A stretch of DNA of 64,000 nucleotides from Blepharisma stoltei ATCC 30299 (Eukaryota; Protista; Ciliophora). Made by a program: the position numbers and the translations under genes. Shown here in pieces: positions 13,569 through 25,621 of the stretch. The stretch spans positions 1-64,000 of the forward strand of contig CBFDEM010000057.1 of NCBI GenBank assembly GCA_965603825.1, in the 5' to 3' direction. Below the pieces are notes generated by a model that made no database searches, was not told where the DNA came from, and saw nothing but the letters and a program-made list of their open reading frames with translations. The first letter of the stretch is position 1. Every line of letters begins with the position of its first letter.

Positions 13569-14516
13569 CTAGGTTAAGTGATTTATTTTTGCTTCTCTGC
13601 AATAAATTACCGCTGAGTTAGCTAAAATTAAATGTTTTACAATATCCAAAACCATAAAAGCGATCCTTTTTCTACTTTTAAACCAAAATAAATCACTAAA
13701 TTTCTCACAAATCCCATGACAACTTTGTTTGAATAATTCTAATAGATTCCTGTCTATATAAAAATAGACGTGCTGATAAGAGGAAACTAAATAAAATGCA
13801 TCTCTTTGGCTTGTTAAATAAATTCTTGCCTTTTGCTGCCTTGTTGAAGAGTTTCTATTGCATGACCCAATGATTAGTTCAAAATTTAAATATTTTTCAT
13901 ATGCCCATTCTTCGTCAGAGTTCTTGAAATCTGAAATTAAGTTCATTGTGCCGATATCAGCTACAAATTCAAATCAATACCGCGAAATTATATATCATTC
14001 ACTTGGATCTGGACTTTCCAAAGTTATAGGGTGGTCTTCATTTCTGATATTATTGTATTTATGGTAATGGTTAGATAATATATGTAAATAAAAGCATTTA
14101 TTGAATGCAATAAGTCGATGCTTTTCATAGAAAATTTTATCTAAATTCACACCTCCAAGTTTTATCTTTTCTTCTTCAGTTGCTGGTCTCACAAATATAT
14201 CATAGCTGTTTGGCCCAAGCTTTTTAAGAAATCTTCCGCAATCATTGCACATACTTAAATTTTTGATCATTGATCTAACTCTTTTATTTTTATGCTTTAT
14301 TAACCCAGCAAAAATATGTATTCCTGGATTTTCGATTGGGCGTGGCAATCAAAAGATATCTGAAAGCATGTTCGATAATATTTTTTCTATTTCCCAGTAC
14401 GATTTAGAAGCATAGTTAAAACTCTTGTTTACCAGCAAAATTGATGTAAACAGCTCAAATGGGTTTAAAAATGATAAAATGTTGCCGAGCAAGTTCAAGT
14501 TTTTAAATACATTCAT
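13569..14516 (-). CDS. F-box-like protein, 315 aa (UGA=Trp)
   Basis: Open from ATG 14516 to TAG 13569; N-terminal NLLGNILSFLNPFELFTSILLVNKSF..YW resembles an F-box. Confidence 0.75.
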
Positions 14517-14544
14517 TTTGTAATAAGATTGACTGGGGGATCAT

Positions 14545-15848
14545 AGTTAAGCTTTTAAATCATAATTTTAATAAAATGAACCTATTTGCATAAAATTTGC
14601 ATACTTAACTATGATCACTGCTTTGAGTGGATAAATTTTCTAGCAATATTGAAAATTAGTTCTGAGATATGTCGCCTGATTTAATTAGTATACGAAGTCT
14701 TCAATCATAAACTAACCATTGCTCTTCAATGCCAAATTGCCTTATGCATCTCCATCTTGTAAATTTTTACCAACTAAGATTCTGATTTATATAATCTCTT
14801 TATTGATTCTTAATTTTTCTAACTAGTCCATGTTGATTCTTAGCCTTTGAGCTTTTTATTTCAGCGATTTTAACTTTTAATCGGCTCTTTTATTAGATAA
14901 AGCCATTTACAAAATAAAAACGTTTCATTTTTAATGATTGCAGCACCTCCATCTATTGGTCGCTCTTAAATTAAAAAAAGCAAACAATTCAAGAAAGACT
15001 CAGCAAAGCTCCATGCTTAGAGTAATTTGGAGAAAAGGTAAGTAAAATGGTATTTTCACAGCTCCCTAAAATGCGTTAGATTTTTTAAATCAATGATTCT
15101 TTTTCTATCTGGCTCGAGCTTTTAATTTTATAAATTAAATTTATTTTTAATATTCACTTTTTACAACTTGAGATTTTCAAAATAAATTATCTTATCTTAT
15201 AATCTTTTTACTCTGAGGATACAAATTTCTCAAATTTTAAAACATAAAATTATGCACTAACATCATTTCTCTATAAAGCAACTTCAGTAGCAACTCCAAC
15301 AATTCTAGCAGCAATTTAACCATAGCAAACTTTAGCAGCAAGCACAGCAGCTACTTAAGTAATAATCTCAGCATTCATCTCATTAATTACCTGTGTAAAA
15401 AATCTCATAGCTTCAACTCATCACTGAGCTGCTCATTCCTCAGCCGAATTCAGCCATCAAAACCTGAGATTTCCACCCTCTCTAACTCCAGAACTTTAAT
15501 GCACATATCCCAAAGAATTCTTCTCGAGTGCGAAGGTGATATAATCCTTGATGAAGGATCTGCTCTGCCTTTCAGCCAATGTTATTTATTATAAGTTGCA
15601 AGTTTTTAAATCCCCTGGGCATCAAAGTTAAGTTTTTAAATCATAATTGAGATAAAGCCGACCTATTTGCATAAGATATGACATACTTAATTATGATTAC
15701 TGCTTTGAGCGATTGAAATGTCCTACCAAAACCGAAAACTAGTTCTTAGATATATAGCACCTATTTAATTCAGCATTGACATATAAAATCTTCGATCATA
15801 ATAAATAATCATTCTTCAATGCATAATTGCCTTAATATATCTAGATCT
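14545..15848. repeat. Diverged ~210-bp non-coding direct repeat (14545-14757 and 15626-15848)
   Basis: Shared blocks TTTTAAATCATAATT, ACCTATTTGCATAA, CATACTTAAyTATGATyACTGCTTTGAG and TCTTCAATGC..AATTGCCTTA. Confidence 0.85.
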
Positions 15849-16575
15849 GCATTTCCTTAACTTTAAGGAACTAAAATTGTAGCTAATTGAATGATGCATA
15901 AGAATCAGCGGGATAGAATTTATCACAGTACTGGAGATTTTCCCTTATTACTCCTATTAATAAAGAAAAATTAACATCTTAATAAGCTTAATTTATATAA
16001 AGTTAAATTATAAATCCATAAATTGCTTAAATATGAAACTCCCGATCTTAGAAAATACGATAAAAATAAAAATATGCATATTTGACATCAAATTATTTCG
16101 CAATTCAAAAGTCGTTAAAGCATATATAAGTGTATTATTTTAACTAATTAATCTTGCGAGATAATAAAAATCAATTTTTTGATATTCAAAAAAGATGAAT
16201 CATTATAAATTATAGACATAATGAAGAAGAATCAAGCATTTACTCCCCACCAATGAGAAACGAAAATATTGAAGAACCTTATTTTTATGATAAAAAGCCA
16301 TTCTCCTGAGACTTTAACTTATGAAAAAATAATTTAAAGAAGGAGGAATTAATAATAAATGAATATCCTTTTACTCCAAATAAGTTTATATGCAATATAA
16401 ACATTGTTGAGATTATTGGATTAACCATAGCATCCACTCATGGCCTCGAAAATTGATTAGTTCCAATAAAGCCATTTTTCCTAAATCGAAACGGAAACTG
16501 GAGCCTTAGAATTTAAAAATCAGCAAATCATAAAATTTTATTTATTCTCACATGGAGAGTATGCTATAATATAAA

Positions 16576-17439
16576 ATGGAAATAAAAATCTCAAAATTTT
16601 GTGAACATATTTACAGAAGAAATGATGAATTTTTATATGTCCCATTTCCGAGTAACCAGAAAGCTTCCACTTTGCTTACTTTAAGTATAAAATCTTATGA
16701 ATTAGCTGAAAACTTCATTCCAAACATTTCTTTTCCTTATTCTACTCTAGTATTAAACCTCCCGAACTCAGAATTTTTATGCATATGGCAAGAAAACGGT
16801 AACTGAAATATATATTTAATTGATACAAAAGCATTTACTATTAAAAAAAAACTTCGTTCTCTGCAAGAATTCCGTTGTTTATTACCTGTGTATAGCCAAA
16901 AATTCGCCTACTTTCTTACCTCCTCTTCAAAAAATTATAAAAACATGATAATTTGGCAATTGGATCTAGCTGAAAATAGATGAAGAAAGCTAAATGAATT
17001 TATAGGAGATTGGATGGTAGATTCCTTTGTATTTTTCAAACAATCATTATTAATTTTCGGGCTAAAACGAGGTGCTATTGAAAAATATGATATTATTACT
17101 GACAGCTGATCAGAAATCCCTTTTAATATTTTAAATAAAGGAAAATTTTTTGCATTTAATGCGAGGTCAACTGTTATTGCTTTTGATAAAAGTGGAACTA
17201 TTTTGGAGAGTGCTGACAATAATGAATATAACTGAAAAAAAATTGGGAGCATTAGCATTAAAAGCTTTATTTTGAAGCCAATATCTCAATCATCTAGAAA
17301 AAATTCAATATTTTTCGCATATATAAAGCCTGAAAATGAAGATTGAGAAAGAAAGCCATTTTATTATAGGTACAACTTTGCAAATAAAACACTTGAAAAT
17401 GTAAAAATAAAGGAGGAATGTGGTTGCGACTTATTTTAA
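16576..17439 (+). CDS. Kelch-like beta-propeller protein with C-terminal CaaX-like motif (CGCDLF), 287 aa
   Basis: Hand-translated open frame with UGA=Trp; LDLAENRWRKL, IEKYDIITDSW, TILESADNNEYNW. Confidence 0.85.
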
Positions 17440-18102
17440 TATATTTAAAAATGAAATAAAATTGAAATATCAAACTAATATTTTTTATACAATTTTTAGC
17501 CAGGAACTTTGCCTAGTAAAATCAGCTCTGCTTTAAGATCTCATTTTCCATTATAAAACTTATGAAAAATTCTATTATTAAATAGGTAAAATTAAAGCAG
17601 CTGCTTATAACCAGTATAAAAGATACATTTATATCATATTTATGCTATTAAAAATATACCGTAACCTGATTTTTTTAAATATCCTGGACTATTTCGTGTC
17701 TTTTGCTGAACTCGATGCTAAAATATCTCACATGATTTTTATAAAAATCTCATTTGTCACTATAATTGACTCAGGCATTTATTAAAAAGACAAATGGTTT
17801 TATAATGTAATGGTTTTAGCAGATCCATCTGCTTTTGACAGTCCTATTTACCGAATGATATTCTTATTGAAACTAAAGTAGATCTTAAGAATAAGAGAGT
17901 AATTATGATTAAATCATTAATTTAGCATGATTTATCTTCAAGTGGTTTAGCTTGCTAGAGCTATTTGAATTAGATATTGATATTTAAAATTCTCATTTAA
18001 TAAATGATTATCTGGAATATATAAAATTCATTCAAAAGAGGAGCTATATCGCATAAAAACTACTTAATAAACTATATATAATATAAAAACAATTTTAAGA
18101 AC

Positions 18103-18714
18103 ATGGATAGCCTAACGTAAATGCGACTTAGAGCTTACTTTATTAGAATTGTAATACTAGGAAAGGATCGCGCTGGGAAATCGTGCTTATTGCTTTCATA
18201 CACAAGTGAAGGATTTTCTGAAGATTACTTAAATACGATTGGAGTTGATTATGTAAGTTTTATTAAGAAAGCAAAATTAATTGAATTTGAAGGAAAATTT
18301 ATAAGAGTCCAGTTATGGGACACTGCAGGGCAGGAAAGATTTCATGCAATAACTAGTTGATATCTTAGAGGCGCAGACGGATTTATAATTGTTATGGACT
18401 TGACAAGTCCAGCTGCATTAGATACTGTAACCTCATGAAGAAGTAAGGTAAAAGAGAAGCTTCCAGAAAATAAAGTACCAATTCTTCTCATTGGAACCAA
18501 AGTAGATCTTGATCATGACAGAGTGATCAGTTATGATGAAGCCAAGAAGCTTGCAGATGAATTGAATTTTATATATGTAGAAACCTCAGCTAAGACAAGA
18601 AAAAACGTAGATAAAGCATTTGAAATTTATCAAGAAGCATCATGAATAATAAACAGAATAACAATTTATTTTAAAAATAATGATTTAAAATGCAGCTCTT
18701 GCTATACGCTCTGA
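18103..18714 (+). CDS. Divergent Rab GTPase (Rab1/Rab8-like) with two 15-nt introns
   Basis: GKDRAGKS, IGVDY, WDTAGQE, GTKVD, ETSAK; introns 18117-18131 and 18253-18267. Ends CSSCYTL then TGA; the next TAA is at 18753 if read through. Confidence 0.9.
18117..18131 (+). other. 15-nt spliceosomal intron GTAAATGCGACTTAG
   Basis: Removes an in-frame TAA and joins ATG 18103 to the Rab frame; A at -6. Confidence 0.8.
18253..18267 (+). other. 15-nt spliceosomal intron GTAAGTTTTATTAAG
   Basis: Removal restores IGVDY-KAKLIE spacing of the Rab effector region; A at -6. Confidence 0.9.
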
Positions 18715-19169
18715 GATCAAATGGATTGTTTATACTTTGATATAACTTATTAAGGAAATTTATTATTTTAATTTATTAAAATAATTTTTAAGTAGAGTAT
18801 TTTCTTTAGTTTTAGAAAATAATATTAAATTATTAATTTAATGTGGTTTATCTAAGAGTGATTTGTGGTTAGAATTTATCCAAAGTAATTATTTTATTTA
18901 TAATTTACATATAATAAATAATTAATAAATTTCGTAGTCATATTTATAAGAAAATATGATTTATAATTCATATCTAATATAAAAAAAATTGAAGATCATG
19001 AATAGGCAAGTGTAAGCTGAACTTACCTCTTTATAATTTCTCCTCCCGGAGTTCATCAAAAAATAAATCCCTCGCTCTCAATGTTTATATTTTTCCATCA
19101 TTAGATCCTAGAGCACAAAGCACACCATTTAATTACATAAACCTATATTATAATATATCATTCATAAAA

Positions 19170-20200
19170 ATAGCTATGCACTGAAAAAATTCAATTTATT
19201 GCTTTATTATAATTGGTGAACTTATTAGCCTGCTAACTCTCATTGGGAATAGAGAAATTAATGGCCTCATATGCATTTTTGACTCAAAAACCAGACTAAA
19301 TAAGGATTGTTGCCACTAGCTTCAAAGACCAGCTGGAAGCTTCGCCTTAAATTTGAGCTAAATAACTAAAAATTGCAGCTAAACCTGATCAATTTGTTAA
19401 TTCAATTTATATGCATTATTCTCCTAATAGAGAATTTCTATAGTTTTATGATAACTGCTCAGTGATGAATATAAACTAACTTCAAGTCAACATTGGCTAA
19501 AGTCCTTCAGGACGCAGATTTAGTGAGCCCATAAACACCCTAAATGTTCAAATATCCATCTTTAGATAAAAATTTGCAAAAACTATAACTCTTAAGGTCA
19601 GGAAATACTGAGAGTGCATCTCCTGAAATTTCTTCTTTTGCATAGTCTGGTGGCTAACACATAGAGTAAGCGGCACCATATTTTGATAATAATTATGGAG
19701 AAAAGGGCATAGTATTTCAAATGAAATATGAATTGACCAAAGATAAACATGCATATTTGGCTCCGCTTTTATCTAGAAATCTTTATGCTTCAATTATATT
19801 TGCTTCAAAGATGAAATGCTGATGGGAACCTCAGAAGATGGCCTATGTTTGTATGATTTCTACACAAATAGCTATTCTAAAATTGCAGTATTTGATAATA
19901 TAAAGCGGCATTTTCTCATCTCAGGAAAAACAAATGCTTATATTATGGCATCTCAAAGTGATATTTATGAAAGCGGGTTCAAGAACCCTCATATTTGGAG
20001 TAGGATCGCTATCTCAGTTTGAAATCAAAATAGCAATTTTTTCGTGGACATATCACAATAATTTTATATTCATAAGAGAAATAACATATGACGAACACGA
20101 TAAAGCAACAAAGGCAGATTGCGTTTATGTTGAATTCAATTTGATAGATAAGACTTCTAATGTAAAAATGACTGCCGAATGAAAGTGCCAAACATTTTAA
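19170..20200 (+). pseudogene. Kelch-like paralog with two IES-like inserts, 5'-truncated
   Basis: Colinear with 20497-21607; inserts 19197-19407 and 19417-19678; frameshifts; ends KCQTF-stop. Confidence 0.85.
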
Positions 20201-20496
20201 ATAAATAAATTATTTTTATTATAATCAAAATCATGAATTATACTTATAATGTTAAAATATGAAAATTGGCAAAAAAGCTGAAGGGTGAAATAGAAATTTA
20301 CAAAGAAAATAATAGACTACAATTTTTCAAATTAATAGGATTAAAATTGCATATAAGTTGAAAAATAGCTATGGCAATTCAAAGCAGGCTAGTATTGTGC
20401 AAAAGTAAGAAATATGTTAAATTAGCAATATTGAAATAATAAACCTTTATCAGATCTCATGGCAAATCATTGGATAAGAAATATCAATTATAAATA

Positions 20497-21607
20497 ATGA
20501 AACTAAAAGTAAAAGAGACTGAACACCAGCATAGCCGAAATTTATACAGTTTAGCAGGAGAGCCTGGCAGATCTTATATGAAACTTCTTAAATTAGATGC
20601 TAAAACTAGAAAAGAAGAATGAGAATTGATCAGATTACCTTATAGACGTCAATGAAGTTTTTTGATAATTCAGCTGCCAAATAATGAGGTGCTTATTTTG
20701 GGACTTGAGTCAATGACGACTTATTTTGGATTCATCATTAATAGCTTGACAATGAAAATAAGAAAAGACATAAATCTATATAAAATTGAAAAAATAACAG
20801 GAATCACACTTTGAAAGAATTCAATTTATTGCTTATATTATAATTGGTGAGCTTATTAGACTACTGCAGCATAACTCTGCCCTCATTGAGAATAGAGATC
20901 GTGTCCGTAGGGATTTCTGGCTTAAAAGGGCAGCCCAAATAAGCATTGTCGCCACTATCTTCCTAGACTATTTTGGCACCGCCCCTTAAATATTGGGCTA
21001 AATAACTAAAACTGCCGCTAAACCGAAGAAGAAGCTTTAATTTGTGTTTAATTCAATTTATATGCATGTTAATTATGGATTCGATGATCTCTTATGAGTT
21101 CTATGAAAATATGATATGGCAAGAGATAAATATGCAAATTTAGCTCCGTTTTCATTTAAAGATCTATATTGCTTTAATTGTATTTGCTTCGAAGACGAAA
21201 TGCTGATGGGAACCTCAAAAGGTTACCTATATTTGTATGATTTCTACACAAATAGCTATTCTAAAATTGCAGTATTTGATAGCACTAAAATTGGAACATT
21301 TAATGATATAATAAAATATATACTTCTGTCAGGAAGAACAAATGCTTACCGCATAGAATCGAAGGGAGATATTTATGAGAGTGGGTTTAAGAACCCTTAT
21401 ATTTGGTATAAGGTGAGAAGATCGGAGTTTCCAGAATGATTTTTTGGCTCATCGTGAACATATTACAATAATTTTATATTCATAAGAGAGAGCTCTTTAA
21501 GCGAATTCGATAATATAAAGGCAGAAAGCATTTACTTTGAATTCAATTTGGAAGATAAGACGCTTAAAAGAAAAAAGGTTGCTAAAAGAAAGTGTCAAAT
21601 CTTTTAA
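20497..21607 (+). pseudogene. Kelch-like CaaX protein gene interrupted by a single 232-bp insert
   Basis: Open frame 20497-20829, resuming at 21062 to TAA 21607 (RKKVAKRKCQIF); the only lesion seen is the insert flanked by AATTCAATTTAT direct repeats. Confidence 0.85.
20818..21061. mobile_element. IES-like insertion with 12-bp terminal direct repeat AATTCAATTTAT
   Basis: Repeat at 20818-20829 and 21050-21061; excision gives WKNSIYMHVNYG, versus paralog WDNSIYMFYNDYG. Confidence 0.75.
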
Positions 21608-22189
21608 AAAAAATACTCTTTAATATAATCAAAATCACGAAATTATATTTATAATGCTAGACGTATGAATAAATAAATAATTAATTAAAGTCTATCGCTT
21701 ATTTATTAGGACCAACGAACTTCCTTATATTTGTCATTTATATTTCCAACTTCAGTTACCGTATGCTTCAACACACATCTTCTATTCGTCATTTGCAAGT
21801 CTATTCACTCAAATTAGCAGATAAAAGAATTCAAACAATTCTTTCAATAATCAATAATATTCACCTTGCCCAATAAGCACCTTTCGTTCGCATTCTCATA
21901 ATTACGCATCCTTTTTATATGATCTTTTTCTTCCAATCGCCATTTTTACTCTTTTTGCTGCTAAAAGATATGCGCTTTTTACCTCCCCGCCAATTCTGAC
22001 TTTGACTCTGCTGCATTTTCCTATCTCTTGTCTGTCTTCATCCCTTTTTGCCGCGCAGCACTGCTCTATTCTCCTTCATCAAACCCACAAGGAACTTCAA
22101 TTGTCACTCATTTATAACTTATTCTATGCACGTATTGAAGCATGCCGTCCCTCTAAACAAGTCTCATCTCATCCTGCTTAAGGAGAACT

Positions 22190-22600
22190 ATCACGATTTT
22201 TGAAAATTATTATCGTGGCTCTGGAATTGTGTCTTGAAATGATTCAATCTGTATTTTTCTGGGGCATATTATTCCTCATCTTCAATTCTATTAAAATACG
22301 ATATAGAGAGAAATAGATTAATTAAACTTAGTTGCATAAACTTTGCAAGTGATTCTTATAGTTGCATTTAATTTAGAAGGCAAGGATATTTATGCATATG
22401 ATTTGCACATAAATAGCTATTCGGTTCTTCCGCTTATTATTTCTGAAGTTCGAAAAGTGCTATTTTCAATAAGCTCAAGGGATGATATTATTGAATTTTA
22501 TGGATATTTTTATGAAAGCGAGATTAAGAATTCTTAATCTTGAAATCTAATTAGAGTATCAATATTTCAGATAAAATAATTGTACCAAAAATCATATCAT
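22190..22600 (+). pseudogene. Kelch-like remnant
   Basis: IYAYDLHINSYSVLP..FYESEIKNS. Confidence 0.65.
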
Positions 22601-22609
22601 AGATATACT

Positions 22610-23534
22610 GTAATGATTGCATTTTTTTATCTCCTCCTCAATTCATAGAGAAATTATTATATAGATTGCTTTGTTTTGAAAATTCTTGGTAACTAAGTTA
22701 AACATCCAATAATTTTTCTTCGGCATTATTTTATCACCATCTGCTGACCAGCCAACACCTCTTATAAATATAAAATTGCTATTGTACACTCATGCCCACC
22801 GCTTGGAATTGCACATGTTTTGTGATTTTATATTTCCGATCTTATTCCAAGTATAAGGGTTCTTGAATCCACTTTCATAAATATTGCGAGAGCCTACTTC
22901 TATGAAATAAACATTTGTTTTTCCTGAAATCAAAATGCAATTTCCTCTTCTGCTAAAAGGTATGTCGATTAATGAATAACTATTTGAGTAGAAATCATAT
23001 AAAAAGACTGGTACAGGCAAATGCTAAAATTAATTTTTCTTCGAAGCAAACATTATGACAGAACATATCATCAACAGGAATTGGAAAATTAGCTAAGAAA
23101 ATGTTTTTACCTGTAGATAAATCATATCTTGATAGAATTGGACAGTTTTTGAGTCCATAATCGTTATAAAACATATAAATTGAATTATCCCAATAAACAG
23201 CACCAATCACTTGCTCATAGTCTGGAAAATCATATCTATTATTATATAAGTTTCAAATTTTTCGCGTTTTTGATGTTAAGCAATTAAGAATATAAGCAAC
23301 AGAATCGTCTTGATCGTTAAAAATTAGCAATTCATCTTTTGGCAGCCTAAGAATAATATGATGATGAAGTTCAAAATGTCTGGGAAAAGCAACACCCTTT
23401 ATTTCTTCAACCATTGTTTCTACATCTAATTTATGAACTTTCGATCAGTTGTTATCTTTATCGCCTGATAGATTGTATAAATATTTGCTATGATCGGGCG
23501 TCTCTTCTAGTACTTTTGTCTTAAGTTTTATCAT
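22610..23534 (-). pseudogene. Kelch-like gene with a frameshift near 23020
   Basis: Open from ATG 23534 to about 23020, then continues in another frame (FLYDFYSNSYS, IYESGFKNPYTW). Confidence 0.8.
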
Positions 23535-25099
23535 ATTTATTACTATTGATATAAATAAAGTTTTTAATATAAACAAGCAATAAGCTTACCTAATTTATTT
23601 CTGTTGTGCCTTCAATAAATAGATTAAATATTTGTATTAATTTTCTATATTTATGCTATTTATTGTATTTCTTGTGCTTTCTTTTTATTAATGCTATATT
23701 TTATGATAATTCTTCTATTGTTGTGTATCAATATATGTATTTTTATTGTATCATAAGATTGTTGGTTGGAATTTCGCTTATTTTTTCCCTTTATTATTTG
23801 TCTCTTTCGTCCTCAAGCATTCCTCATAACCAAAAGCTCAAATCTGAAAATGTGAAAATTTAACTTAAAAAAGCTATAAGAATGGCGCCAATTTTAACTT
23901 GAAATAGATGCTATAGAGAAGAATAAGGATCTAAATAAGAATATTTTATGTTAGATTAACATTCCTACTCTTATTGCTAATTCAGAGTGATTTATGAGAT
24001 AAATTTTTAATTCCAAAATATTAGTGAAAAGTTGTTTATGATCTTTTCGAGCATTTTTTTACTTCATAATCAATTAGAAGCTGGTCTTATAAAACAATAT
24101 TTAGGTATAAAAAGAATTCTATGCGATATTATAATCTATATTGGCTATTGCTATGGTTAGGACTAACTATAAGTATAGTCAGATTTTTTTAATATATATT
24201 TAAAAGCTTTGAGGGTAATCTTTATTCTCCTTTGCAAATTCACCGTAATCTAAATTTAAAAACTCTGAAACATAGGCTTCTCTTCTTTTTCAGTAAATAA
24301 GCGTTTTGTAAATACTATTAGAGCATTGGCTAGACTTTTTGTTCAAAATTTTGAATCTTAGCTAATGATTCCTCTTTAATAGCTTCCCTTAATAAAGTAT
24401 GTATTTAAAGTTCCTATATTAGCAACATTTCTAAAAGGCATTTATAAAACCCAATTGGATGCATACTTAAAACTTGGCAGCGCTCTAAAATTTTTGTTTT
24501 CGATTTCTTTTGTTGCTTGATATCATTTAAAATCAGATCTTTTCTGTTAATTAAAATTATTCAAGCTGCTTTTATCAGATTGTTTTAGTATCATCATGCT
24601 TATAAGATATTCATTTTTCATGTGAAAAAGCTGTGATTGAAATGTCTTTATTCCTTTTTCTATTTTATATTTTCTAAAGTTGAATGGCTAAATAATTGTT
24701 TCACGCTTCGAATAAGTTTAAACTTATTTCAAGAACTTTTTCGTTTGGAAAGGAGTAGAATTATAACCTTCCAGTTTTTGATTTTCAAAAAAATCGTTAA
24801 ATTTCTGTTATAAAATAAATATGTTTATAAATAAGATACGAAAAATCAAAAGATTAATTAATAAGATAATTGCACAAGAGTTTCAATTTTAAATTATTTC
24901 TCTTATTTTTAAAAGCAAGTTCTAATTAATGCCTGCAATCTCGAAATTTTAAAAAATAGAGAAAAAAATTTATATTCTTTCATCTTATTAAAACACCAAA
25001 TAGTCTATATAAATAGTTTATTAACAATAAAATATCATGTCTAATTTTTTTTCAAAAAAATTTCTGTTTTTGAAATTTTTAAAGCCCCACGAATAAGCA

Positions 25100-25540
25100 G
25101 GAAATTATTTTTCATGTCTTTTGTGAGTTTTTGAATCAATTCGTTTTATATCAAATCTATAAAATGAGACGCTGTCCTTATGCTCAAAATAGCCATTAAT
25201 ATAGATCGATTTTTCAAAAAATTTGATAATAGGCAGCTCAGCTACAAAGATTATTAGCCTATAATGATTGCAGGCTGCACCTTCTATCTCAGAATAGCCA
25301 TCCAGATTAATATTATATTTTTATTTGCCTCTTGCAATTAGAATTGAGTGCTTATAAAAGATGCAGGTGCATTCATCAATATCATCTGGGGGAGCTGCCA
25401 ATGCCTTCGATTGACTTTTTCTTACATTGAGCTTTTTAGTTACAGAATTTCGGCTTCTAATAATTTTAGAGAGATTAAAACACAAACATTTTGCTAGAAA
25501 TAAATTAAACAAAAGCCAAATAATGTTCCTCCTCAATCTT
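25100..25540 (-). pseudogene. Partial duplicate of the 7.2-7.7 kb kelch-like sequence
   Basis: ALAAPPDDIDECTCIFYKHSILIA versus ALAAPPADVDECLCVFYRHSILIA; internal deletions. Confidence 0.8.
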
Positions 25541-25621
25541 CCAAAATAATATATTAAAAATAATCAAAGTTTTTAATCATCCTAGACCTTAATTAATCCA
25601 ATAACTCAATATTACCTATAC

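Noticed and set aside
19534-19543. AACACCCTAA (also 27256-27265) as a telomerase-RNA template or internal telomere
   Set aside because: About one 10-nt match is expected by chance in this window (another lies near 46285); the two copies are one duplication; no template-boundary motif is present.
20847-21098. Conventional intron starting GTGAGC
   Set aside because: No AG acceptor near the resumption point restores the frame, and the length is far outside the 15-16 nt norm.
23606-23863. Hydrophobic 85-aa ORF
   Set aside because: GTG start and low-complexity T-rich DNA; likely spurious.
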